Shown here piece after piece: positions 30,498 to 40,528 of a stretch of DNA of 64,000 nucleotides. The stretch's first letter is position 1, and each line of letters opens with the position of its first letter. The notes under the pieces are model-generated. The model did no database searches. It was given only the letters and a program-made list of their open reading frames with translations, and had not been told where the DNA came from. A program made the position numbers and the translations under genes. Source of the DNA: a virus (lineage: Duplodnaviria; Caudoviricetes); the IMG/VR virus record IMGVR_UViG_3300033067_001757, positions 96,001 through 160,000 of that record. One strand, given 5' to 3'.

Positions 30498-31368
30498 TTA
30501 GTTTATATAGTTCTTGTACGGCTTTGAATAAAAGACCAATACTATTACTATTGTCCAGAACATTGTGATCCTTGGTAGCGATATATTCATGTGTATCATC
30601 TGCTATGATACCAATCTTAAATTGCCCCTGATGCTTCTTGTAATTATAACTGACAACATTAAGATTGTTAATGATATCAAGTGCGCTTGATGAAAATGGT
30701 AGAATGTTTTCTTTAAATTGTCTGGCTGATAGTTCATAAAAAGCCTGTGCTCTTACATCTCCGGTAAATGATCCTGAACCACTCACATTGAACGCCACGT
30801 TGTTTGACGAACCGCTTAGTACCAATACTACACCAGTCGGATATGTAGTCACAGATGTTGAACTACTGATAATCTGATATCCATTGGCCGTACTCGCCGA
30901 TATCTGGGCCAGTGTAACAAATTCATTAGATGATATCGCATTATTACCTGCAACTCTACCATTGAATGAACTGCTTCCAGATATAAGTAATGAAGCACTT
31001 ATTATTTGATTACCTGTAAATATATTTGACCCTGTACTTGCGAATGAAGCCGAGCTCACCAGATAGCTTGCAGTAAAAGAATTATAGTTGGATATTTGAG
31101 TTAAACTGGAAGTATTGAAGTAAGAGGCTGTTACTGCCAGATTTGCAGACGATGCACTTATCGCATATGAACTTGTAGTACTTCTGGAAGCTGATACAGC
31201 ATAACTCGCACTATAAGCATATGATGATGATATTAAAGATTGACTAACAAAAGCACCTAATCCGTTAAGCACATCATTCAGATGGCTTCCAGATATTGAT
31301 TTGTTACTATTTTGAATGATATATATGTTTATATCATCTATGACTTCCTGTAATGTAATGTATGACAT
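30478..31368 (-). CDS. Tail spike/fibre with C-terminal intramolecular chaperone (peptidase S74-like)
   Basis: SARQFKENI...GIIADD...LFKAVQEL C-terminus; SASYA repeats. Confidence 0.75.
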   Translation of the reverse strand: MSYITLQEVIDDINIYIIQNSNKSISGSHLNDVLNGLGAFVSQSLISSSYAYSASYAVSASRSTTSSYAISASSANLAVTASYFNTSSLTQISNYNSFTASYLVSSASFASTGSNIFTGNQIISASLLISGSSSFNGRVAGNNAISSNEFVTLAQISASTANGYQIISSSTSVTTYPTGVVLVLSGSSNNVAFNVSGSGSFTGDVRAQAFYELSARQFKENILPFSSSALDIINNLNVVSYNYKKHQGQFKIGIIADDTHEYIATKDHNVLDNSNSIGLLFKAVQELYKLIDEKIG

Positions 31369-31384
31369 TTAAAAAATATTGTGC

Positions 31385-32020
31385 TTATGAAAATGAGTCA
31401 CCGAATGAATCACCAAAATCTCCTTGTTGAATGAAATTATTTCCAAATATATTTTGATAAAACTGGCTTGTTATTACCACCAAACCCTGACTATAAAATA
31501 TGTTTCCAACAAAATTATATGGTTCAGTAAAACGATCTACCAGGTTACCTTTACTATCGTCAATAATATCATACAATGACGACGATATGTTGAAGGTCCC
31601 TTTCTTAATAGCGTTGCCGTATATTCTTTTAGGAATCGAAACGACCTTTATAGTCTCCCCCGAACCGGTAGGAAAATACTTGCTCATATCATTCCACTTT
31701 CTATTATCATCATATGAACCAGATGCCCGGTAAACGGATGCTGATTCATAATTGTTACTTCTTAGTAAAGTGCTGTTATCAATAAATGATCCACTGAACT
31801 CCTGATAGAACATGTGATTGATCGTATTGAAAACAAGCTTGCTGTACTGATTGTTTTCTTGTGCATCATTATCAGGATCAAATAAAGATTGGTCTCTAAC
31901 CCCGGTATATACAAAAATATTATTCGTTGACAAAGAACCAGAGTCAAAAGACCAATGCTTATTAGCTGTATACGGTAGAACAAATACGTCTGATTTATTT
32001 ATTCTTTTAAATGCAGACAT
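31385..32020 (-). CDS. Baseplate/fibre-anchor protein, N-terminal part
   Basis: DDSKGNL...VGNIFYSQGLVVIT parallels 32022..33059; ends GDFGDSFGDSFS. Confidence 0.6.
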   Translation of the reverse strand: MSAFKRINKSDVFVLPYTANKHWSFDSGSLSTNNIFVYTGVRDQSLFDPDNDAQENNQYSKLVFNTINHMFYQEFSGSFIDNSTLLRSNNYESASVYRASGSYDDNRKWNDMSKYFPTGSGETIKVVSIPKRIYGNAIKKGTFNISSSLYDIIDDSKGNLVDRFTEPYNFVGNIFYSQGLVVITSQFYQNIFGNNFIQQGDFGDSFGDSFS

Positions 32021-32021
32021 A

Positions 32022-33059
32022 TTAGAATTCCAGTTTTACCCTAAGCGTTAAAGTTTTTGTGTAGTCTTTCGGTAAAGGTTTACTCAGTTTAGCAATGGCC
32101 AACAATTCATTCATGTTATTATACAATCCGATAGTTGTAGGATACGTCTGAGGATTATTAATCAATGTTGCGTGAAGTAAATTTCCGTTATCATCAATTA
32201 TAGATGGATTGGTTGTATGATTCAACTGACCATATTTAACATGTACATCAAAGAATTTTGCAGTTACTGTCTCTTCGCTTTTCAATGAAAGACTACCGCT
32301 CTTTTGCAACGCTGAAAATAATATCTTATTATTCAAACTTACTGTAGAAGTATATAACGGACTCGCAGTTTCATCTAAAGACATGCTGATACCACCATTT
32401 GCATATGTAAACGCTAATGCTCGTGGATTTAGGATAATCGTACCGAGATCAGGATAAACATAGCCGTATGAACCGCTGTTTGTCTGTATCGAACTGGTAT
32501 TGTAACTATGCCCGTTTGAGCCGCTCACAAGATTAAAGTATCTGTTACCATTAATATAATTGGTAACTGTTGAATCACCACTATCGTCGGTCAAATAAAT
32601 GCTTGCCGAATTATTGACAAGCTTCATATTCAGAGAACCCAAATTAAGACTTTCTTTATACCTGCTTCTATTGAAATTAATAACAAAAATATCTTTAGAA
32701 TCACCGTTATTACCACCGAAATTAAACACACTACCCTCATCACCGTAAATCATATTCCTGTACTGGCCGTATATATCCCTGGTAGGAGTATTTTCTTCGA
32801 GATGACCGTTAAATGGTGCAGAACCAGAGCCTGATATGTGACCGTATGCAATACCGAACTGAACTTCAGAACCACTGGTATCGTAGATACCATTGTAAAC
32901 CTGTAGATAGAAATCTCCACTAACTTCTGCTTCTTGTAAGGAAGAAGAATTGAAACTGCTGCTATTTAGAGTATAAACACCACCTGTGAATGTCGGTGAT
33001 ACTAAAGTTTCCGAACTTATAATTACATCACTATTTGGATCAAAAGGTATAAAAGACAT
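32022..33059 (-). CDS. Baseplate/fibre-anchor structural protein
   Basis: TYPTTIGLYNNMNELLAIAKLSKP C-terminal motif; lies in the baseplate block. Confidence 0.65.
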   Translation of the reverse strand: MSFIPFDPNSDVIISSETLVSPTFTGGVYTLNSSSFNSSSLQEAEVSGDFYLQVYNGIYDTSGSEVQFGIAYGHISGSGSAPFNGHLEENTPTRDIYGQYRNMIYGDEGSVFNFGGNNGDSKDIFVINFNRSRYKESLNLGSLNMKLVNNSASIYLTDDSGDSTVTNYINGNRYFNLVSGSNGHSYNTSSIQTNSGSYGYVYPDLGTIILNPRALAFTYANGGISMSLDETASPLYTSTVSLNNKILFSALQKSGSLSLKSEETVTAKFFDVHVKYGQLNHTTNPSIIDDNGNLLHATLINNPQTYPTTIGLYNNMNELLAIAKLSKPLPKDYTKTLTLRVKLEF

Positions 33060-33066
33060 TCTTAAA

Positions 33067-33714
33067 TTAGTTTTTTGTTACGATTAATGGAATTGATATA
33101 CGAGCTCCGCTGTCTCTTCCTTGAACAACTATAGTTGTGCTTAATTGGGTTAAAGTTGAACCAAACAATGTATCGATAGTTGTACCAGTCAATGTGAAAG
33201 ATGTTCCTGTCTGTGTTTTACTCACCGATGTACCGGAAGTAAAATTCGTCGGTGTACTTGAATCCGGTTCATTGATTCCGATGCCTGTAAATGTAGAAAG
33301 TATTCTCGCATCACCAACCATTACTGTATATCCTCTCGGTTCGTATGTTGATACTGATCCCAAATAATTTAATGTCTGTGGTGTAATTACAATAGAAGCA
33401 CCTTGCTTCAATGTTATTGACGCAAAACCAACATTGATTACCGGCATTTTACTCGTACCTCTTGAAAGCGTTACAAGCTTATATTTCATCACCTGAGTTT
33501 CATCGGGGTATGCTTCCGATAATGGTTGGGCTTCTATGGCCTCACCAAAGAAAGCGGAACCTGACGGGTGATCTGGTCGGTATAATGTATAATCAACCTC
33601 ATCATCTGCCAAGGCAAACTGTGTTATTGCAAAATCACCTGTTGCCAGGCGTTCTCTTCCTTTCTTTGTTAATATCGCGTCGATGGTTACTAAACCTTGT
33701 GACAAAAAGCCCAT
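33067..33714 (-). CDS. Baseplate structural protein
   Basis: IDAILTKKGRERLA..F.ITQFALADDEVDY motif (tail-collar-like N-terminus). Confidence 0.65.
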   Translation of the reverse strand: MGFLSQGLVTIDAILTKKGRERLATGDFAITQFALADDEVDYTLYRPDHPSGSAFFGEAIEAQPLSEAYPDETQVMKYKLVTLSRGTSKMPVINVGFASITLKQGASIVITPQTLNYLGSVSTYEPRGYTVMVGDARILSTFTGIGINEPDSSTPTNFTSGTSVSKTQTGTSFTLTGTTIDTLFGSTLTQLSTTIVVQGRDSGARISIPLIVTKN

Positions 33715-33755
33715 AGTGTATAATTTGTATATATAAATATTAGCTGATGGTACTT

Positions 33756-36700
33756 TTAATTAATCACCAGTACCGGCGACAGCAGTTTAGATTTCAGAGG
33801 CCCTACAATATCTGGTATTCGTTGTCTGATATCTAAGTCCAGGTTATAAGGAATAAGCTCACCTGATGAGGTCTTACCTTCTCGTTTATTGAAATTTAAC
33901 ATGACGCTGGTCTCGTCTGGTACTTTTCTTAATACTGCGAATCTGCTTGTTGAAAAATCGGCAGAATTTATCTGTTGATTTAACACCACACTCAAAGGTG
34001 TCGTAACTACTGGTATTGAACTCACTGAAGTGATAACCGGATCAACAATCTGAACTATTTCATAGAAAGTAGCATTGAGAGTAAAGAATGTACCAAACCT
34101 CACCAAATCACCTACTTGAAACGAAAAATCATAATCAATCTCACTATAGTTTGATGATACGGATGATCCGGATGATGAAAAAATAGTATTGTTGTAAAAA
34201 AGTGAAGCTGAGTTATTAAATATCAAAGTTTTATTATCGGTATTGAGTGAAAAGATTGCCGGTGACGTTGTGATAACATCGTATGTAATCGGTACAATCG
34301 TTGAGTTTATTTTATCATACACTTCAAAATATCCATCAGAAGGAATTGCGATACGTATATCATCACATTTTGCAAACGTCAGATCAATATCCAGGAAATA
34401 CAATTTTAATCTAACTTCATCACCTTGCTGCAAGCTTATCTGATAATTATTTAAAACACATTTTACTGATAACGCGGCTTCAGACCAGGTAGGATCACCG
34501 GTTCTGCTATCGAACCATACGAAGCTTTCAGCAGCATTAACCCAGCAAGGATGATTAGGTATTGATACAATTTGAAATGTTGTTTTAGCAAGATAATTCC
34601 ATGCGGAACCGTTCTTCTTTTCTAAAACTCCAACAACCTTAAACGATGAACCTCCATTATCAGGATTAGGTGCTTTAAATGTAAATGGAAGACTTACATT
34701 TATATTATAAGTTGATTGACGAGGTGCTGTAAAAGCAATAAAATTATCAACACCGTCTTCAGCTCTTACGATACTACTTGTAAAATCTGTAGTTATATAA
34801 CCATCGGACGTATTCGTTGTAAAAGGTAGAAATCTATCCATAGAATACCATGCGGCACCATTTGGATTCTCGGTCATATTAGAAGTCGAGCCATTGTATC
34901 CTACTACAGGGCCGGAGAAAGAGAATGGTATTTGTGTTGGATAATACCAATTAGAAGGTACACCATTAGACAAAGCAAAAGATGTCAATGACTGCAACGT
35001 ATTATTTAAATACCAATGTCCGGTTGTCTCTAAACTCACATCCTCGTTTCCAACAGTTTCCCATCTGAGTGATGATGTCGATATTGCTTTAAATCCGAGG
35101 CTTCCTGTTATAAAAAAACGAGGATTCAAATAATCAAATTGCATGGTCTCATTTATCTCCCGGTAAATAATTGGTGTAAATGAATAACCGCCTACAAATA
35201 TGTTCTGAACACCGTTCAGGTTATGCTGATTAGTAGGATTTAAAGGATCCAGTAAAGAAACAGCAGTATCCGTCGATGATTTAAACGTATTCTGCACTTC
35301 AAACAAGTTGGCATTGGCCTTTGTGAGTGCAATGACGGAACCTGACTGATTGATAAGATACTTGATATTAACCCACGACTTATCGTAAATATTCAGATTC
35401 TTTTCATTCACTTCACTAACCCACGCAAACTTCTCAACATTGAAATCAATAGCAGCATTTTTACCATATGAGTAGTCACCCGGAGTATAGAAATTATACA
35501 GTTTGCTGGTACTCTTAGAACCATCATATCTTGGTCGCAGATAACTCTGTAAAGAATAATTTGAATCTTGCGTATCAGTTTCACCGACAATAGATGGATT
35601 ATTTACATCAATCTTTTGAAACTTTAATGATTTACGTGAACCGCTTACCACATTTATAACAGGGTTGAAATCAGAACGAACGAACTTTTCATAATCACCT
35701 GCATAAGGAGACAACTGATTATAAGGATTTACATTTTTATCAATGAAATCATTCTTATAATCTATAATGGAACCCGATAGTTCACCAGTGAAGAAATCAG
35801 AACCGTTACCATAACTGCTTGTATAAACACTGTCCGATGTTAAAGTATAACCACCTATTGACGCGGTATAATTATGATAATCTTCAACTGTAGTTACAGT
35901 ATTCTTAACTTTAGGTCTCTCTAAAATAGGAGATTTTATCGTTAATCCGGTTAACAAGTTTGAACGAGCTGGTACATAATCCTTTATCATCTTGAATAAA
36001 GAGTTATTAAAGAAATTCACTACCCTGATATAGTCTCTGTAATTTGTTTTGTCGGTATACTTGTTACGGTATTCTTTATTCAGGTTTGAAAGACCTGTAT
36101 ATGAATCATTAAAATCTTCGGATGGATCACCGATAAGATCATCGATATTGATGGTTTCACCATATTCCGCGATAACATCTTTATTCACTTCGTTCTGTGG
36201 TGAAAAAGATGCATCAATGAGATGAATATCTTTTGTTAGCTCGACTTCAGGCTTATCTTCCAGGCATAAGAACGGAGATAAAACACTGCCGGTAATAACA
36301 TTATCAACAATCCTCACTTTCTCTGTTACAGGATTTGAATAAACAGCATTAGGAGTATTTGTATAGTAGAACTCCGTGAAAGGCTCATAATTGATCTTGT
36401 CTGGAAAATTATACAGGCTGGCGCTGTTTATAGAAATAACATACGAGGAACTAAAACTAGATGAATCACCGTATAAAACAGTACCGTATATACCATATCC
36501 GTAACCCAGCATATTGGTAAATGAACCCGATGAAAAGTGAATATTATGATCGGGATGTACCGATGATAACGCTCCGGTAGGATAATGGTTGTACGTTAAT
36601 AAATTATTACCCAATGGAAACCTCGCAGCTAGATCATTATAGGCCGAACCACTATCATTACCCTGAATAGATTCAGGATTTAATATGTGACTGTTAAAAG

Positions 36701-39089
36701 CTGATTCGGATAATGGTGCAGACCAATATCTGAATTCCTGCAGATGGCCTGAGAAACCATTAGAACCTGTACCACCGAGATATAAATTCTTAATACTCGA
36801 TGATGTACCATAATCACCCCAAGCGTAGTTATACGATGAGCTTACAGATCCTGAAACATACAAACTTGCTGAAGCCTGGTGACCAATACGACCACTTATT
36901 TCATTCTTTACAAATACATCATAGTACTGTTCTTCAGAATAATGTGCTGATAATTTACTGTATCTTCTACGTAACATAACGTTCCACCAATCTGTATCAC
37001 CTTGTGAACCTGTTACAAACAGTGGTAACGATACCGAAGATGAAATATAGCCAGCAGAACCAGATAAACTGAAAATAACATTACCGTAAGGTAACTGATT
37101 TACAGGTGCATAATTTATAGTTATACCAAAAGATGGCTGGTTACTACCACTGGCTATAACCGAAAGAATAGAAGAACTATAGTTTGTTGTAAATTTATCA
37201 GGTTTAAATCGGAATTCTATTGTATCAGGTACAACATCAAATACACCGTATTTATATGCATTTTGTGTAAGTGGTGCCCATGGTAATTTTATGTAAGAAC
37301 TACCACTATTGTACAATGCATAAGTAAAACGATCAAAATTATACTCAATGGTCTCAGATGATTTATCTGCACCACCATATTCATTCACGTCGAGTATCGT
37401 TGAAGGAATACCGAAAGCTGTAATAAGAGATTTCAGGCCCCGCGTAGTACCCTTGGATTTTAAAAGATAAGGAGCGTTATGATATATTCTTTTTAATATC
37501 TCTTTATAATTGTCTTCTCCTGATATCTGTAACGATGAAGTGACCAACGTTTCATAAGAAGATGTTACCGGATTATAACTACCTGAGCTATCAGTTCCTA
37601 AAAAATAACGATAAATATCATCATTACTTTTAGAGTTATAAACCTTGATACCCATGTTCTGTAGAGCATAGAAAACTACATCCTTGGATATGCCGGTATT
37701 TAGATTGTTCTTATTCTTATAAAGATCGTTGATAGATTTTATGTAAACCCATATATTGTCAAAAAACTGCCCCACCATATTAAGGAAGGTCAGGTAAGGT
37801 TGATTATTGGAATCTACTGCAATAAATTCTGGCACAGATAAAACAAGAATATCTTGATTCTGTTGATCAAATAAACTCGCTGTTGAGATTTGTCCACCAT
37901 AGTTGTTTGAATTGTAATCATCGGTACCTAACCAGGTTGTAGCTTCGGTAGATGCGATTGGGTAAAGAGAATAAGGAAGTGATCCGGATTTGGGCCATGC
38001 AGTACTTTCAGAAGCGTAGTACAAATAATTATCGTAACCATCAAAGTTTTGAATGATATCATTGATACTATTCTGTAAAGTAAAAATGCTGGAACTTACG
38101 TTTCTGGCAATATTATAATTAGTAACAGATTGAATTGATTCTATATCACTTTGATAAGATTCAATCAATGAAAGTTTATACTTAAAGTTTAAAAGTCTCT
38201 CCTTTGCCGATGAGTAATGTACAAAATTATTATAGTCGGTATAATCGATGTTTACTGATACAGAACGATCATTAATCTTGTTTAGAAGCTTCTGATAAGT
38301 AGCTACATCATTATTAGCCAACAATCCGTCTATAGTAATATAATCGGAAGTTCTTATAGAATTATGGTCCTCTTCTATATCAAAATTAGCACCCTTTAAA
38401 AACTTGGGTTTAACCTCTTGTATTTCGGGGAATATGTCAACTGAGTAGATATATGATTCTGATAATTCCTCAACTATCCAGCAAGTATTCTTTAAATCGA
38501 ATTCGGATGGTAGTGGTTTATATAACTTAATAAGAATAGAATAAGGATCAGTATTTTTATCCAAAACTACTTTTACAGCGTTTACCTGCTTATTGTCACC
38601 AAAATTTAAAAGGAAATCTTTATAATATGGAGATGACTGAAATTCATAAATGAAATTCAAAGTACCTGTTTCAATATCACTGTTTGATAAGACATTACTC
38701 GAAAGTCTCAGTTCAGTTCTATCAGAAGAAATTTCCTTAATAAAGAATGGTCTGTCTTTTAAATCAGTTATCTTCTTCCTGTAGAAATTATATTCGATAT
38801 TATATTTACCAACAGTATAACCCAAGGATTCGATATAAGCACCCGGGTTCAATTCTACGACATCAGTCAATGACTTATCATTAGCACCCTTGCTACCAGG
38901 TACTTTGAAATCGACCATTTTATAATCAGAAAATATAAGGTCGCCGTTCTCAGTATAAAGATGAGCTTCAATAAAGTCACCAGCTTCACCAAAATTTCTA
39001 ATGAAATCTTTCGACGCTATAAGTGATTGATCTAAAGTATCAAATTTCTTAAACTCCTTATCTGTTATTCTTTCTACTGATAATACCAT
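33756..39089 (-). CDS. Large baseplate wedge/hub-associated protein
   Basis: 1777 aa; KSKGTTRGLKSLITAFG (gp7/P2-gpI-like) segment and a LamG-like FSGHLQEFRYW segment. Confidence 0.65.
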   Translation of the reverse strand: MVLSVERITDKEFKKFDTLDQSLIASKDFIRNFGEAGDFIEAHLYTENGDLIFSDYKMVDFKVPGSKGANDKSLTDVVELNPGAYIESLGYTVGKYNIEYNFYRKKITDLKDRPFFIKEISSDRTELRLSSNVLSNSDIETGTLNFIYEFQSSPYYKDFLLNFGDNKQVNAVKVVLDKNTDPYSILIKLYKPLPSEFDLKNTCWIVEELSESYIYSVDIFPEIQEVKPKFLKGANFDIEEDHNSIRTSDYITIDGLLANNDVATYQKLLNKINDRSVSVNIDYTDYNNFVHYSSAKERLLNFKYKLSLIESYQSDIESIQSVTNYNIARNVSSSIFTLQNSINDIIQNFDGYDNYLYYASESTAWPKSGSLPYSLYPIASTEATTWLGTDDYNSNNYGGQISTASLFDQQNQDILVLSVPEFIAVDSNNQPYLTFLNMVGQFFDNIWVYIKSINDLYKNKNNLNTGISKDVVFYALQNMGIKVYNSKSNDDIYRYFLGTDSSGSYNPVTSSYETLVTSSLQISGEDNYKEILKRIYHNAPYLLKSKGTTRGLKSLITAFGIPSTILDVNEYGGADKSSETIEYNFDRFTYALYNSGSSYIKLPWAPLTQNAYKYGVFDVVPDTIEFRFKPDKFTTNYSSSILSVIASGSNQPSFGITINYAPVNQLPYGNVIFSLSGSAGYISSSVSLPLFVTGSQGDTDWWNVMLRRRYSKLSAHYSEEQYYDVFVKNEISGRIGHQASASLYVSGSVSSSYNYAWGDYGTSSSIKNLYLGGTGSNGFSGHLQEFRYWSAPLSESAFNSHILNPESIQGNDSGSAYNDLAARFPLGNNLLTYNHYPTGALSSVHPDHNIHFSSGSFTNMLGYGYGIYGTVLYGDSSSFSSSYVISINSASLYNFPDKINYEPFTEFYYTNTPNAVYSNPVTEKVRIVDNVITGSVLSPFLCLEDKPEVELTKDIHLIDASFSPQNEVNKDVIAEYGETINIDDLIGDPSEDFNDSYTGLSNLNKEYRNKYTDKTNYRDYIRVVNFFNNSLFKMIKDYVPARSNLLTGLTIKSPILERPKVKNTVTTVEDYHNYTASIGGYTLTSDSVYTSSYGNGSDFFTGELSGSIIDYKNDFIDKNVNPYNQLSPYAGDYEKFVRSDFNPVINVVSGSRKSLKFQKIDVNNPSIVGETDTQDSNYSLQSYLRPRYDGSKSTSKLYNFYTPGDYSYGKNAAIDFNVEKFAWVSEVNEKNLNIYDKSWVNIKYLINQSGSVIALTKANANLFEVQNTFKSSTDTAVSLLDPLNPTNQHNLNGVQNIFVGGYSFTPIIYREINETMQFDYLNPRFFITGSLGFKAISTSSLRWETVGNEDVSLETTGHWYLNNTLQSLTSFALSNGVPSNWYYPTQIPFSFSGPVVGYNGSTSNMTENPNGAAWYSMDRFLPFTTNTSDGYITTDFTSSIVRAEDGVDNFIAFTAPRQSTYNINVSLPFTFKAPNPDNGGSSFKVVGVLEKKNGSAWNYLAKTTFQIVSIPNHPCWVNAAESFVWFDSRTGDPTWSEAALSVKCVLNNYQISLQQGDEVRLKLYFLDIDLTFAKCDDIRIAIPSDGYFEVYDKINSTIVPITYDVITTSPAIFSLNTDNKTLIFNNSASLFYNNTIFSSSGSSVSSNYSEIDYDFSFQVGDLVRFGTFFTLNATFYEIVQIVDPVITSVSSIPVVTTPLSVVLNQQINSADFSTSRFAVLRKVPDETSVMLNFNKREGKTSSGELIPYNLDLDIRQRIPDIVGPLKSKLLSPVLVIN

Positions 39090-39418
39090 TATATTGACCC
39101 TTGTGTCAGGGTGAAGATTTGATTTTTTAATGAAACATTTTCTAACCTTAAATCTGATATCTCATCTTGTAAATCGGTAAAAGAGATACCTATATATTCC
39201 GAACTTTTGTTTATCAACTCAAGATGTGAATTACTACCTGAAAGTGGTATAACATAAAATAATTCCTCATAATCATCAAAAAAAGAGGATACGGTCGATT
39301 CCGGTTTCTCAGCTATTATACTATCTTTTGGAACGAGTTGATTGAACTCAGTATCCACAACATTTTTGAATGATGTGCGACCAAATATTTTACGTTGTAT
39401 CAGTGCTTTCTCCGACAT
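39089..39418 (-). CDS. Hypothetical baseplate-cluster protein
   Basis: 109-aa coupled ORF with a C-terminal coiled coil. Confidence 0.6.
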   Translation of the reverse strand: MSEKALIQRKIFGRTSFKNVVDTEFNQLVPKDSIIAEKPESTVSSFFDDYEELFYVIPLSGSNSHLELINKSSEYIGISFTDLQDEISDLRLENVSLKNQIFTLTQGSI

Positions 39419-40518
39419 TACTGTTTCACTTTAAAGAAATACTGATCATCAAAAATAATTGATGAACCGCTGATGATTGTTTTAATAAGTATTTTATAAT
39501 ACCTCTCAGGTTCAAGTCCTTTCATATAAACATCAAAATAATTACTAGTAGAATCTGCACTGATCTTTGTATAAACAGTATCAAAATCTATAACGGGTAA
39601 ATTATTTTTAGCATCCTGTATAGAAAAATAAGATGCACTTGGTAGATACTTCGTAACTGTATACAATGAGGAGGTGGAAAATGATCTTACCGGAAACTGT
39701 TCTCTCACATTTAACCTGAATCTGTATACCTCAGTATCATTAAAATCTTCCTTATTATTCGAAATAGAAACTCTGATATCCTGGTTTGTAATTGGAGTTC
39801 CTGATGCAGTTGAAATGTTGTAAACGGAATCATCCCATCTGAATTCTAACACTGGTGGGTAAATCGTATTGGTATCTCTGGAAAAATATGCCAGTTTATA
39901 TGCATAGTCTTCATCAAATTCCATTGATCCAGAGTTTCTCAATATGAATCCGTTGTTTGTAAGAGAACCTGACAGCATGGCCAAAACAGCACTTGTGACA
40001 TCCAACGAAATATCTTTCTCAGTGTAAACACCGAATGATTGAGTTGCTACATAATTTGAATACCAATTCCCACCACCAGGGTTACCAGATGTTGAAATAG
40101 CTATTACATTCGCCGGGAATGAACCCGTCATCCAGGCATTTGAATTATTAGCGTTCCGATAGGTCCAGCTTACTCCGTCAATAGTGATAGGATAATTTAA
40201 ATACCGCCCGGTACCCATATCCCAACTCTGATATAAAGGATTAGCAATAACAGTATAATCGGTCGGTAAATCGGATGCATCGGCTAAAAATATTCTAAGG
40301 AATGCTTTAAACTGATTAGATCTCACAACACTTGATGAAACATAGTGTAGGTCTGTGTCTGAAAACTTTATTAGAGAACGCGCTACAGTCGATTCATTTG
40401 AAAACAACGCACTGGCTTGTTTGGAAAGTTCAAGTATAGGATCCATCCCGGTATTGGCAGTCGGTGTTTCTGAGTAAATTGTGGCATCTTGTGATGCAAA
40501 TATTTTATATACAGGCAT
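39418..40518 (-). CDS. Structural protein with DNRLRE/CBM96-like domain
   Basis: DATIYSETPTANTG...RSLIKF...DVTSAV...NNGFILR...P.LE pattern. Confidence 0.55.
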   Translation of the reverse strand: MPVYKIFASQDATIYSETPTANTGMDPILELSKQASALFSNESTVARSLIKFSDTDLHYVSSSVVRSNQFKAFLRIFLADASDLPTDYTVIANPLYQSWDMGTGRYLNYPITIDGVSWTYRNANNSNAWMTGSFPANVIAISTSGNPGGGNWYSNYVATQSFGVYTEKDISLDVTSAVLAMLSGSLTNNGFILRNSGSMEFDEDYAYKLAYFSRDTNTIYPPVLEFRWDDSVYNISTASGTPITNQDIRVSISNNKEDFNDTEVYRFRLNVREQFPVRSFSTSSLYTVTKYLPSASYFSIQDAKNNLPVIDFDTVYTKISADSTSNYFDVYMKGLEPERYYKILIKTIISGSSIIFDDQYFFKVKQ

Positions 40519-40528
40519 TGATTTTATT

